NCBI RefSeq assembly: GCF_036321535.1
Contig: NC_087437.1
Coordinates: 41,914,001-41,978,000, forward strand
Length of the DNA stretch: 64,000 bases
DNA from: Camelus dromedarius
Lineage: Eukaryota
Direction: 5' to 3'
Position 1 is the first letter of the stretch, and each line of letters begins with the position of its first letter. The notes beneath the pieces are model-generated. The model was not told the origin of the DNA. It saw only the letters and a program-made list of their open reading frames with translations, and made no database searches. Positions 50,483 to 62,565 of this stretch are shown here, one piece after another. The position numbers and the translations under genes are program-made.

Positions 50483-53400
50483 GTCAGGTGTTATGTATTT
50501 TCAGCAGGCACTGGTGTAATTTCAGTGCATAAAAATATTCTCCTTGGTTCATCTAATTTATCTTTCCTTGGTTACCTATTAATCCATTCCTGTCTTTTTG
50601 CTGTTGTTGTTAATGACAGGTGACTTTTAGGAAGCATAGAAGCTTAAGACTCAGTCTTCTCAAGAGTCATCTTTTATTTTTCTTAGGCCTGCTGTTGAGC
50701 CGTGAGAAGTGGCATCTAGTGATTGGGATTGTCAAGTGGTTAGCTTACGAGGTTTGTCTTAGGATTCTAGGGAAATTCAAGGACTTGACAGTGACTTTAT
50801 GAGAATAAATCTGGCCCATTACAAACACAGCTGTTTGTTGTTAGTTAAGGGATGGACTTCTCACCACTTAGCTGCTGTATGGAGAGTAAGGGGCTCTGCC
50901 TCAGAGGGTGAGCACAGATTTCCTAGAAGAGAACCCGCCCTCAGCCTTTGGGGATGTGCCTTTGACCCAGTTCAGTGCATTCTCTCCTTACAGCCATTTA
51001 TTGAAGTGTCTCCATAAAGAAGTGACTCTGAAACCCACACTCACCGGGGGGCAGATGTGTGGTAGCAGAGAAGAGCGTGCATCTTGGTCAGACAGGGCTG
51101 GATTCCACTGCCTGTTTGGTTATTTTGTAGTTTTGTGACTTCAGACAAGGTACTTATCCTCTTTAAGCCTCATAGTCCCCAGCTCTGAAATCTGCATGTC
51201 CTTGTGCCTCAATCCAGTGTATAAGAAAGTACTGTTGGAAGCTCCCTGGTCTTGTGTGTTCTTTTTCTACCAGCTTTGGATTCAGGCTTCAGGTTGGACA
51301 CGTGAGCAGGTGAGTCTTTCAGTACTTTCCCATTATCTTCCAGGAACTTCCTGTTGAACTGCTCACATTATAAATCTTGGGATGTTTTCTTTGTATCACA
51401 AAGCTAATTATTGGTCATTTGCAGCTCATCATCTTGCTTTTCCTGATTTGGAGAAAAGAAACAGGACTCAAAATAACAAATGATGCCTGTCTTTCAGTTT
51501 TGCTTGAGGCCAGTTGTGGTCTTGGCACAGATGTGAGGTTCTCAAAGGTGTCTTAATGAATGGTTTGGGCCCTTCAGGGCCTGGACAGAGCTTGCTAAGA
51601 TGTTTCTGGAGTTTGGGAATCTGGAGAGTATTGTGCATGTGCGTGCGTGCGTCCGCGTGTGTGTGTTGTATGTGTGCTTGTGTCCAGAAAGAAGGTGCTA
51701 CTATCCCCCTCATGGAGTCAAAGGTCACTTTTTAAGTTACTAGATCTTCCTGGATAGAATCTGTCCTTACGTGGAACTCTTCTGCAGCTTTTAGGTTGTA
51801 TGTATTATTTTTTCCCCCCAAAGAGATCTGTGGGATAGTCATAAATGCTGGCTCTAAATGAGAATGTTCATTCATATATGAAACAGCACGGAGTAAGACA
51901 AGCCTCATAGAATGTGGCAAGTGGAAAAAGCTCCAGTAGTGAAACACGATCTCTTCTCCTAGCACAGTTTATATCTCAATTATCTGGGTATGGGATTTAA
52001 CTTTTAAGAATGCTGCAAATACAACATTTTAGCTTTCGTCAGTCAGCACTGCTCTCCCAGCAGAAGCTTTTGTAATGGACACGTGTGGCGGTGATTGGTC
52101 GGGAGGCTGGTAATATTTTATCTCAGGCATAAATTAGGAATTTGCCTCCAGGAGAAGTCTTAGATACTGTTGATCTTCTGGTTAATCAGCCACCCAAAAT
52201 TTAAGTTGCAAAAGTAGCTTTCCTTTGTCTCTTCTGATGAATTAGAAACAGAGTTAGATTTAGATTTATACCTTTAAGGAAAGATGTGTTACACCTGTTT
52301 CAGTTGTCTTGTTGGGTGAAGCTTTCCCAGAAAGCTGTGTTTAGCCTTTTATTCAATTGTGTTAATTCTGCCTCTTGTTTTATTGTTTCTTTGGACTCTG
52401 GAAGAATGGTCACATATTTTTCATTAAGCCTTAATAAACTACCTTCCGTTATTTCGGGCTGCTTGGTTCATATAGCACTAACAGATTTGAAACAGATCTC
52501 ATGAAGCAGTAGTAGCTTGAAGTATGCTCTTATGATATGATTAACATGGTTCTATTTTAACATCTCTGGGGAAAAAAAATCTATCAGTGGTAAAAATGTT
52601 TTTCTCTCTCTCTCTTTTTTTTCCTCCTCTGACAAGAGACAGAGTACAGCATGACTTGTTTTAATGCTGACTTTGGAAAAGCAGGAAATGCTTAGTGAGT
52701 GGACAAAAAATGATGAGGTTGGGACAGTGATGTTATGTTTTACACTCTGTATTTAAGAGAACTTGTAACCATTATGTCCGCTTTGTGGCTTCAGAGAGGA
52801 AGAAGGAGGGAGGTGGGGAGGAAGGGGAAGGAAGGGGGTGGGGAGAGAGAGATTGGGAGAGACTGATTGACTTGTGTGGTAGAAGGTTGTGCCAGGGAGC
52901 CTGCCAGGGGGTGACTCATGCTCCTCAAATCTGCGTGATGCAAGGCCTGCTGCCGCCATCTCCTCCATGTCTGGTCAGGGACAGATCATCGGGCTGGTGT
53001 GTGTCAAAACTTTGTTTTTCTCTCTCCTTTATTGACAGTGAAAACAGCAAGGTGGTCAGTCTTACTCAATATAATAAAGTGCTTTCTTTTAAAATATCTC
53101 AGTGCCAAGATGAATACGGTTTGCTCAAATAATGACTTTTGCTCTTACTAAGAAAAATTGATCTTGGGACACAGGGGATTTGCCTGGTTTCTGAGGTAAT
53201 TTGGTAGATTATAATCTGGTTGCCATAGCAACACAGCAGCAGGGAAAATTACAGGAACTAAACATTTGAAGAGAGGTATTTTAATAGAATGCGTACAAGC
53301 CCTTTACCTATCATCTTTCTCGCTGAAGAAGCGGTGGGGGTCAGGAATGGGCAAGCAGAGAGGGGAGCAGAGGGAGGGAAGAGGCATAAATGGCTTTTGG

Positions 53401-55486
53401 AGGCTGGATGCCTTCGGGCCATTCTTTGAATTGTGGCCTGGTGTCAGTGACCACACAGGAACCATTACAGACGCTTTTCATGCAATATGATAAGCAGATA
53501 ATGTGACAGAAGCTGGAACATACTCCACTTCGGACCCTTTTCTTGCCTGGGACTTCCCATAATTCTGGGGAATTGTACTTTCAGACTCAGCATTTAAGAC
53601 ATGCTGTCTGACAGTTAACGAGTGTGGCAGAAGAGAGTACGTGAATTTGGGATTGTCATAGGATGTTTGAGGTGTACTCTTGATGTCCGCTGATTTTTTT
53701 TTTTTCCGAACTAATTAATTCTACAGGCATGTATTACAGGCCTGTCCCTAGAGGTTTAAACACAAAGCAGTCGATCTCTGCTCATTGCAGTGATGCTAGA
53801 ATTGATGTAAGGACTTTTAAAAAGACATAGGTAAATTTCTTTATTGGAGTATTGTTTTATTCCGTTGTAGTTGAGTAATGTTCTGTGTGCATGTAAAAAT
53901 AAAGTTAAATCAAAACTATTTTCATGTTAAGAATGACTTTTAAAAAGTTGGTTTCCAGAAAGCAATCGAAATGTCTTAATCACTCCGTGGAGATCTGAAG
54001 GGATTTCCTTTTGAGTTCTTAAAATGGCCCAGTGTGTTTACATTGGTGAGAATTTGAATATTTAAGACTGAAATATTATGGACACAGTTACTGTACAGGA
54101 AAAACGAATTGCCTTGAAATAACTTAACGATTCAAGATAACAAGAAGCACCAGGGATGAAGCCTATACTGCTTTTCCCTGAATGCTTCTGCTTCTCCAGT
54201 TAATGTATTTCCAGATTAAAAAAATTTTAATATCCCAGCAGTGTCTCCTGTGGTGAATTATTAGAAGAAACCAAATACATGGATATTAAAGGTTTAGTTT
54301 TTAAAGATGAAATGATTTTGACCTCAATAATAGTTTTTTAAAAAACAGATAAATTGTGGTCCATCCATAAAGTTGATTTTTAAAATTGTATATTACGAAA
54401 GCTTAATTTTGGAGTTAAAATGATTGTTTGCAGTGGTTTTTCTTATGTTTTACGACTTTCATTCATTCAGTAAAAAATAATTCTCCAGCACTTATTCTGT
54501 GTCTGATCTTGCCCTTATAGAGCCTAGATTAAAGGAAAGACTGACACTAAAGAAATCCCTTAACTAATTGCAGTTGTAAATTTAGTTCCTTCCTCCTTAG
54601 TTCTTTCATTTAGTTCCTTTAGATAACAAAAGGAAAAATCACTAATTTATATCCAAATATAAATTAAAGAAGATAATCCAAGCTTAAAAACTGTAGTTAA
54701 AAATCGTCTTGTGCAAGATTAACACTATTAGAATAATGACTATATATTTCTAGAAACTGGAAGGCTGTCAGTGTCGCATTCAGCTAAATGAGATTAAAAC
54801 TAAAACTCTGAGGCTCTTGAAAGAACATACTTTACCATAGCCGTGTATGGTCTAGTTATTTGGAAGTTATCTTCTGAAAACTAAATGTCTATGTTGTATG
54901 ACTAAAACACTGACATTTAGGTAATAGGTTTAAAAATTTGTTTGATGGGACCTTTTTGTAATATTATTCATTTATTTTATGCTGTTCGTTACTGTTTCCA
55001 GGTGCTGTTCACAGATGCTTTTTTTCCATACGTTTTTCTTATAAATTGCTTTCTACTATTATGCAATGAAATCATATAAGTCAAGTCAGTGATAGACACC
55101 TGTGAATGATTTGTAGCAGTGTTAGTTCAGAACCTCATTTCTCTTTGCAGTTTTCCTTTATAAGTATAGTTTTTGGTCTTTTTTCTTCTTTTAACTATTG
55201 CTTCTAAATTAGTGAAAGAAAATATCTTAAAATTGAGGGGTTTTTGTTTTTTTTTTTAAGTTAACACAAGCAACACAGGAGAAATAAGTTTAGCTAAATT
55301 GAAATGCATGTGCTTTAACCTAGTCAAATTTGAACCAGGTCTAAAGACATATCCTAAGTTTTGTGTTTATACAAGGTTCTGTGCCACATACTTCTTGTCT
55401 AGTACATAGATTTAGGCAGTGAAACTGTTGAAGAGAAATCCCAGATGTTCTAGTATTAAATTGAAATTAATGTGTTATTTTGGCAG

Positions 55487-55562
55487 GTTATTCTTGTTCA
55501 AGTTAATCCAGGTGAGACTTTTACAATAAGAGCGGAGGATGGAACACTTCAGTGCATTCAAG
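55487..55562 (+). CDS. FNDC3B: FNDC3B second coding exon (76 nt, VILVQVNPGETFTIRAEDGTLQCIQG)
   Basis: Acceptor ttattttggcAG| and donor AAG|GTAAGG. It continues the reading frame of the previous exon and matches the recalled protein. It is absent from the supplied ORF track. Confidence 0.95.
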
Positions 55563-55984
55563 GTAAGGAAGTTTTTTGCAAGCTTTCTAAGCAAAGGAGT
55601 TTTCCTTTATTTATTATTTTATGGCAGTAAAGTTTATCTCTGAGTCTTTATGTGATTTTCTAGAGGTAAATTTTATCTTGGATTTTTTTTTCACTTTCAT
55701 TAGGGGCTCCTTAATGCTGAGGTAGGCCTGTGATATATAAGTGACAAAGTTAAACACCTTGAGTATTCTACTGACTTTCAAATTAAATTAACTTAGGAAA
55801 GCCTGCACTGTCTTCATATATTATGAAAATTGGTAGCCCTAAAAAATGCAGAGATTTTAAAAGAGCTTAAAATTCCCATTGAGAACAGCAAGTACTTTTT
55901 CAAATATAGATAAAAGTTTAAAATATATATTGTGATGCTATCCAAATGATGCTTTTAGAGGGAAAAAATCTGTATTTAAGTATC

Positions 55985-56590
55985 ATTTATTATTGAGTAA
56001 CAAATTCCTCAAATTTGATGATTTAAAGCCATGTTTGTCTACACTTTCTTTGGGCCGAGAATTTAGTCACAGCTTACCTGTGTCCTATGACTCTGGGTCT
56101 CTCAAAGTGCAAAATTCCAGGTGTGGACTAGAGCTGTAGTCACTGTAAGGCATGTTTGAGGCTCAGTGTGTTTCTAGTCTTGCTCAAGTAGTTGTTGGCA
56201 GGATTTGGCTTTTTGCCGGCTGTTGGCAGGAGGCTTCCCTCAGTTCCTTACTAAGTGGCTTCTCCATGGGGGCACTTCCATTATGGCAGCTGGCTTCATT
56301 GGAGCACCAACTGAAGGGCAAGAGGGAGTACTATGTCCAGCCTGCTCCAGAAGGGGGATTACACAGGGTGGGAATGCCAGCAGACAGGACTCATTGGAGG
56401 CCCTTTCAGAAGGCTGCCCAGCACAGTCCATCCTCTGCCCTCAGTAGTTCATGTCTCTCTCATATGCACGATACCCCCTCCCAAGAACTGCAGAAGTCTT
56501 ATCGCATTATGGCATCAGCTCAGAGTCTGGAATTTTGTCATCTAAGTAAGCTCCAGGCGAGGCTCTTTGGGTGTAGTTCTTTAACTACGG
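55985..56590 (-). mobile_element. MaLR MLT1-type LTR with adjoining internal sequence
   Basis: gtaacaaatt...gttgttggcaggatt...atggcagctggcttc...attacacagggtg...ctgcccagcaca, then gtccatcctctg...ttcatgtc. Confidence 0.65.
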
Positions 56591-57631
56591 CTCCGAGGGC
56601 ATTTCAGTGAATTTTCAGTTTGTGTAATACCAGTGCTTCTTCTCTGTTGTTCACTTTGGAAAGAAAGAGGCTTAGGTACTCTGATCCGTGTGGAGTTCTG
56701 TGTAGGAAGAGCAATCCAGATCTGGAATTAGTCTGTAAATACTGCCATGTTGGAGGGTATTGTTTGTAACAGCTCTTTTTGGCAGTGATTGGGATTATGG
56801 GGCAAATGGTAAATTGGCCTGTAATTGAGTTTAATACTAGGTTATTGATTGGACTGGAATCTGACCAGAGGTCTTGTTTTTAATACTTGGGTTTGCTCAC
56901 TAATATATAAACAAAATGAAAGGAAATGCCCTTTAGTTTTAGTTTTCCATAATGAGCTACACAGAAAAAGTTGATTTTTCTATTGCTTTGCATAATAGCA
57001 GAGTGTGCTGCTGTATAGTTTTATTACTTATTTTTGTAACCATAAGAACAAGAATTTAGGAAGAAAAATAAAACTCATTAGGCTAGAATTCTAATGAGTT
57101 TTAATTGCAGTTAACCTGAAATGATTTAACCATTTCATTAATGGTTTTAGTGATTGCATTTCTCTCATCATTGTGTCCCTAAAATTGATCTTTGGTGTTC
57201 TAAAACATTTAAAATTCAAACCTAGTCTTTGTTAATGAATCAGACAAAGAAACTTCAGGTAAAAGAAGAGAGGAAATAAATATTTTAAAATAGTATGGGA
57301 TACAGAATCTTACACCTACTTGTGGTATTATAATAAACAGATATTAACAACAAATAAAATCTCAAAATCCACTCTATATCTTAAAAATAAAAAACACTAG
57401 ATGAAAAGTCATTTTACCTACACAGAATGAAGGTGGTGTTTCTAGTTCAGTAAGAGAATAGCTGAGTTTCTGGTCATGGTAACTTTGGAGTCCCATGAAT
57501 TGGCAAGTAGACTGTCTCCCCCTACAACTGAATATGTATAATAGAATCTATAAAAGCAAATTGCTGGATGGATCATCTTATATAAAATCCACTCTTTGGT
57601 ACCAGCTGCTTTTACTTTTGGTGTCTAAGGA

Positions 57632-57655
57632 GTGTGTGTGTGTGTGTGTGTGTGT
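57632..57655. repeat. (GT)12 microsatellite
   Basis: Read directly from the sequence. Confidence 0.9.
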
Positions 57656-60600
57656 ATTGAAAGAGCCTCTTTCTCACTTATTTTTTTGAGTCTAACTGGT
57701 ATATTCTGCAGGGAATGTTGCAAGTATATTGCTCTGTTCACAATAGAAGTTTTGTATTTATTCATGATGGTACTTGGAGATAAGTGAAACTAACATCCCT
57801 TTCAGTGATTTAAAAAAAATGATACTGACTAAAGAAGAATTGTGGAGCCATTTATCTTTGACTTCCCCGGCCTTCCTATTTGTTCTCTTTTGAACACCTA
57901 GGTACTGTTGTTATGTTCTTTTGGGTCATGATGATACCTGGCCCAACTAATTGAAATAATACTGGACAGGATGAGAGGGACTAGGACCTGGAACCACAAG
58001 TGGTCTGCTAGGGCTTCGGAAGCACTGGATGACAGGGTCAACTGCAGGAACTGGAAGGAACCCATGGATAGCCACTCAGTGTGTAACAGGCCACTCAGTG
58101 TATAGCAGACCCACTGACGGCAACTCATGTATAACAGTTGGTCACTCAGCCTGGGTACCCTTGTCCCCGCCTTTGTTTGCATTCTAGTATGAGTTAGTGA
58201 ATGCTTCATTCAGGATGGGTAGAGCATACCAACGTAGAATGTGAAGGGAATATATTTGTAAATTCCAACACAAGTTGTTATCCTTTCACTTGATTAACAT
58301 CCCTGTTATTGCTAATATTCAACTCCTAGGCTGTGTATTCTCTCATTGAATAGGTGTAATAGATACATTTGCAAAAACTGAGGCCCATAGAGGTTAATTC
58401 ATGCACCTAAAGTCACAGTGAGAAAAGCAGGATCTAGTTTACATCCCTGGTGTCTCTGACTCCAGTGCATGAGCTCTTTATTGCCTGTGCTCTGTGGCTT
58501 TACATCAGGGAATCATGAACTCAAGTCGACACCACTCTCTTGGGCACATGACAAGAGCAAAGTGGGTTCCTATTCCTGGCGTAACAGGATCCCTGAAATG
58601 ATACTAGGATGAATACTCAGGAAGGCAGGATGAGATAGAGATGGTTTGCAGAGCAAAAGTGGGTGGTGGAGACTGGGTCTTTGGAATAAGATAGGGACTC
58701 CGTTAAGAGAAGTGAGAGCAAGATAGTTTGTTTGATACAGGGAGTATTGATTTAGAACTCCTGAAATTATTTCTGCCCAAAGCCGGGACTGAGCCCAAAA
58801 TTGGGGTGGGCTGAGCTGAGCTTCTGTTCGAGGTGGGGCTTCTGGCTTCAGATGCTGGAAGAGGAGGGGTCCAGTGGGAGAGGACTGCTTAGGCAAGGAT
58901 CTGAAATTGAGTCATAAAGATTTCTGAAAGAAGTTATTTGCATTTTACTAGGGATTAAAGTTACGAGAATGAAGCTGTAGTTAGGCTCTTTCTACACCAG
59001 CCAGCAGATAGGGAGGTGGTTTTTTTTTTTGTTTTTTTTGTTTTTTTTTTTTTTTTTTTTTTGCAGGGGACGGGTGGCAGTTGGTGGTGGTGGCCTTCCT
59101 GGAAATTTTGAAGTAATACCCATTGCTTATGCCATGGTTGAAACTGTCAGCTTAATAGCTTTGCTGTTTCAACACTAGCCAGCAGGTTAGGGATTGCTGT
59201 GGTGGAAGATTCGAGGTAGGGAGTGGAGTTGGTTTCGGGCCTTCCTAGAAACTTTGAAATTACACCATATGAGGTCAACCCCCTTTGCTTGTAGTTGAAT
59301 TTGTGAGCTTAATTATTTTCTCTGTAGGACATTTATGACATCACTAGAAAGACTCCAGAAGCTCATTGTGATGCCATGAAAAGGCAGTTTGGAAATCCAA
59401 AGCAAATCAATGTAAAGAATATGGTTACTCTGGGGGGAAAAAAAAAGATTTTGTTTTCATGGGAATGTCCTTGGTGATAATGAAGGAAGAAAAACACAGG
59501 AAACATACAATATGCTGTGAAAGCAGATTCATTTCTAATGGAATATTTCTCAATATTTTCCATGAAACATGAATCATAGGTCTGGAAGGGGCCACAGAAG
59601 GTCATGGTTTATGCTCACTTGGAAGCAGCACTATACCTATGGCATTCTGGACAGAAGATTTTTCTTTCCTAGGCCAGATGAAAGTGTATAAAGAGCTAAT
59701 TGTTAGGGAAAAAAGAATCTTAGCAATCAATATGAATTCTTTCCTTTGCTTAAGTTCAGGAATTAATAGAGGGCAGCTGCAGGCCTCTCCCATTATCTTC
59801 ATATCCTTGTCTGGGCTGAGGTGCTGGCAGTGCAGCCTTCCTTCCTGTCCACACATGCCATCTTTTTATCTGGGCTGTTTCTCTGCTCCCTGTAAAACCC
59901 TCAGCCAAAACAAATACCACACTTCCTTTAAGTGCCTGGTCTGTCTCCTTCGGGAGGATCACTCCCGTCCGTTCTGACCTTTCTCTGTTCCTGGAGGAGC
60001 AGGTAGAGGTAGCACTGCGTGTTACCATCTGGTTATATGTGCAAACCTTTCCTTAGCCCTTGAATTAGATGGAATTCAGTTGTGACAGGAAACAGTATAT
60101 CCTCTACCCTACCCGCCAGCCACGCAGCCTGACAGTGATTACTGACTGGACCCTTGACTAGCTCTGGCATTACATCAGATGTGATGATTGTTCTTTTAAC
60201 TTTTACTCTTATGCTGGGAGCTTAAAGATGCTTAGTTAAGTGCTTTTACTGGTCTTTAAAGTCTCTATAGAAGAACTTTCAAATTTCAAATCACATTATA
60301 ATTGAAGCTTATCAGTTTCCTTTAAAAAATGTGTAAGTCTAAAGAACTTTCATATTGACCTGTATTAATGCTGCAATTTTTATGTATTTCAAGACTTACC
60401 TCTCAGATCGTGAGCCTGAAGAAAACAGGTGATGGTCATGGTGGCATAGCAAAAAACAGATTAAAGTAAAAAGTTTAGGAAGCACCATTATTCTAATAAA
60501 GAATAATATTTAAAGGTATGTAATTGCTAATGTTTTTTTGTCCATAAAAATCCAGCCATCTTTACAGAAATGATTTACTTGGCTGACTTGTGTTAAATAG

Positions 60601-62449
60601 ATAAGAGAGCCTGAAGTAACAGCAGAATGTGTGGCAGGAGGGAAGAAGCTTGAGGAGAGCCCTGCCCTGAGGTGGCTATCATTTGGATGGTTTTAGGATG
60701 TGAAACTTGTTCCCTGTCCTGCCTGCTCTCCTTGCCCCTCTTCAGCTCTGTGTCTGACTCTCCCCCTGCCCCAGTGAGTGTGGGAACCGTGTCATTGATG
60801 AACTGCACGCCCTGCTCACGGGCCCTGTGAATGACACCATTGAGAACACTTCCGCATTTCTGAATCTCCTCGTTTGTCTCCCACTCCCGCCCCTCCACAT
60901 TCAGAATCCAGACTGCCACAGGGACCTCGATGTTACTTTTTTGTTTTTCTCATTTGGTACTTTATGTCCATTTATTAGGCTTGTTTGGCACATTAAAACA
61001 CCGACCTGTCATTCTTTCTAAGAATTTTATGATGGGTCCTAGGGAACTCTCATTGTCTGTTACGTTGTTTATTGGGAAATGACATGAGTGATGTCATAGT
61101 TAGGGTTTACAAGCTGGGGGACACTTTCACAAGCAAAGCTTCTGTATGGTCTATGCCTTTAAAGCAGACTCTGCATATAAATGAGAAAGTCCTGTTTTAC
61201 TGGCTTAAAACCAAGGAAGAGGGCCTGTTGCAAATGAAGTCTGTCTTCCAGGGTTGTTTGAACCCTTGCTTTGGCTTAAATTTGCAACCAGCTTTTTCAG
61301 CAAAACTATTTTGGTGGTTTGAAAGTGAAATTAGTGTAGTGTGACTGCCTTTAAATCATTTAGACTCTTTGCAAACTTTCATTACATCAAACATGTAATT
61401 GATTATTATTTGACTGTATTTAATTACTTATGGAATGTTTGTAAAGGGAAATAATTTCTTCTATTATGAGATTAGTATTTTGAGAGCTGCTTTTTCTACA
61501 TAAGAAACTACCTTGAAAGTCCGTTTCTTTCACATTTGGGGGTGTTTGTGAGGGATCACTAATCTGAAATGTTACTGTGATCAGTTAGACCTCACTTGAA
61601 AAAATCTTTTAGAATTGAAAATACCAGGTCTTTTGCCCAGGCTAGCCCCAGTGTCCTACTCATCTTTCTGACTGATCTGAAGCTGTATTTGGTGAGAGTC
61701 AGTACATAGTCCTCCAGTGAGGCTCTAGGCTGAGAGAATCTGAGTTTCTAGGAAAATCTGAACTACTCCACCAACTTGCCAGCTCTTATAACTTGAATGT
61801 TAGCTTCAAGACAGATCAGTCTTTGCCTGAGTGTGTGTGTGTGTAATATTGGTGAAATGTTGATGAAAAATCACTTACCATTTGGAGCATACCTATCTCT
61901 GAAATGTTTGGGAGTCTTATTTATTGAGCATGATGATTTGCCTTTACTTGCATACATGGACATGCACAGCCATTTGTGCAAACAGGTATTCTGTATGCTG
62001 ACCTGATAGGCCCCTTTTCAAACAATAGCTTGCTGCCTAGTAAGGGGAAGTTGACCAGCAGGGTGGGCTCCATAAGGGCCGGTAAGTACTGATGGGCCCA
62101 GAGCAGGAAGTCCAGCTTATGGAAGGGGTGGGAGGAAAGTTGGTGACGGTGGCTGTCATTGTGCTGGGACTGAGTAATGTCATGAGACTGGATTACCTCA
62201 GAGCCAAACTATGCTGCTTCCCAGGAGGTGTACAGCCCCTCTCAAGGGACACAGCCAGTGTGTCTGCTGCTTTCTGCCATTCCTAGTTATCTTGATTGTT
62301 TTTGGCTATTCTTGCATTTACATAATTAAGACAAAAACTTTTTACCCAAAATTAAATTGTCAGACTTTCTTTGGCCTTTTCCTCCAAGTAAAGTTTGAGT
62401 GATTTTAATTCTTGGAAGTTATAAAGATTATGTTTTAAGAGTAAACACT

Positions 62450-62565
62450 GTGTAGTGTGAATCCCTGGACATTTGCTAGCTGATGAATGGTTAAATTCTT
62501 AGCCTCAGCTTCCTCTCTTAAAATGGGGACAGTGATAACACCTGTCCAATAAGGTTGTGAGATAA
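62450..62565 (+). mobile_element. MIR remnant
   Basis: agcctcagcttcctc...aaaatggggacagtgataacacct...ggttgtgag. Confidence 0.6.

Larger units (their letters stand above)
33518..55486 (+). other. FNDC3B: FNDC3B intron between the two coding exons (21,969 bp, GT-AG, phase 0)
   Basis: GT at 33518 and AG at 55485-55486. Joining the exons restores the protein sequence. Confidence 0.9.

Noticed and set aside
56152..56610. Longest ORF in the track (152 aa)
   Set aside because: It lies within an MLT1-like LTR remnant and has no recognisable protein features.
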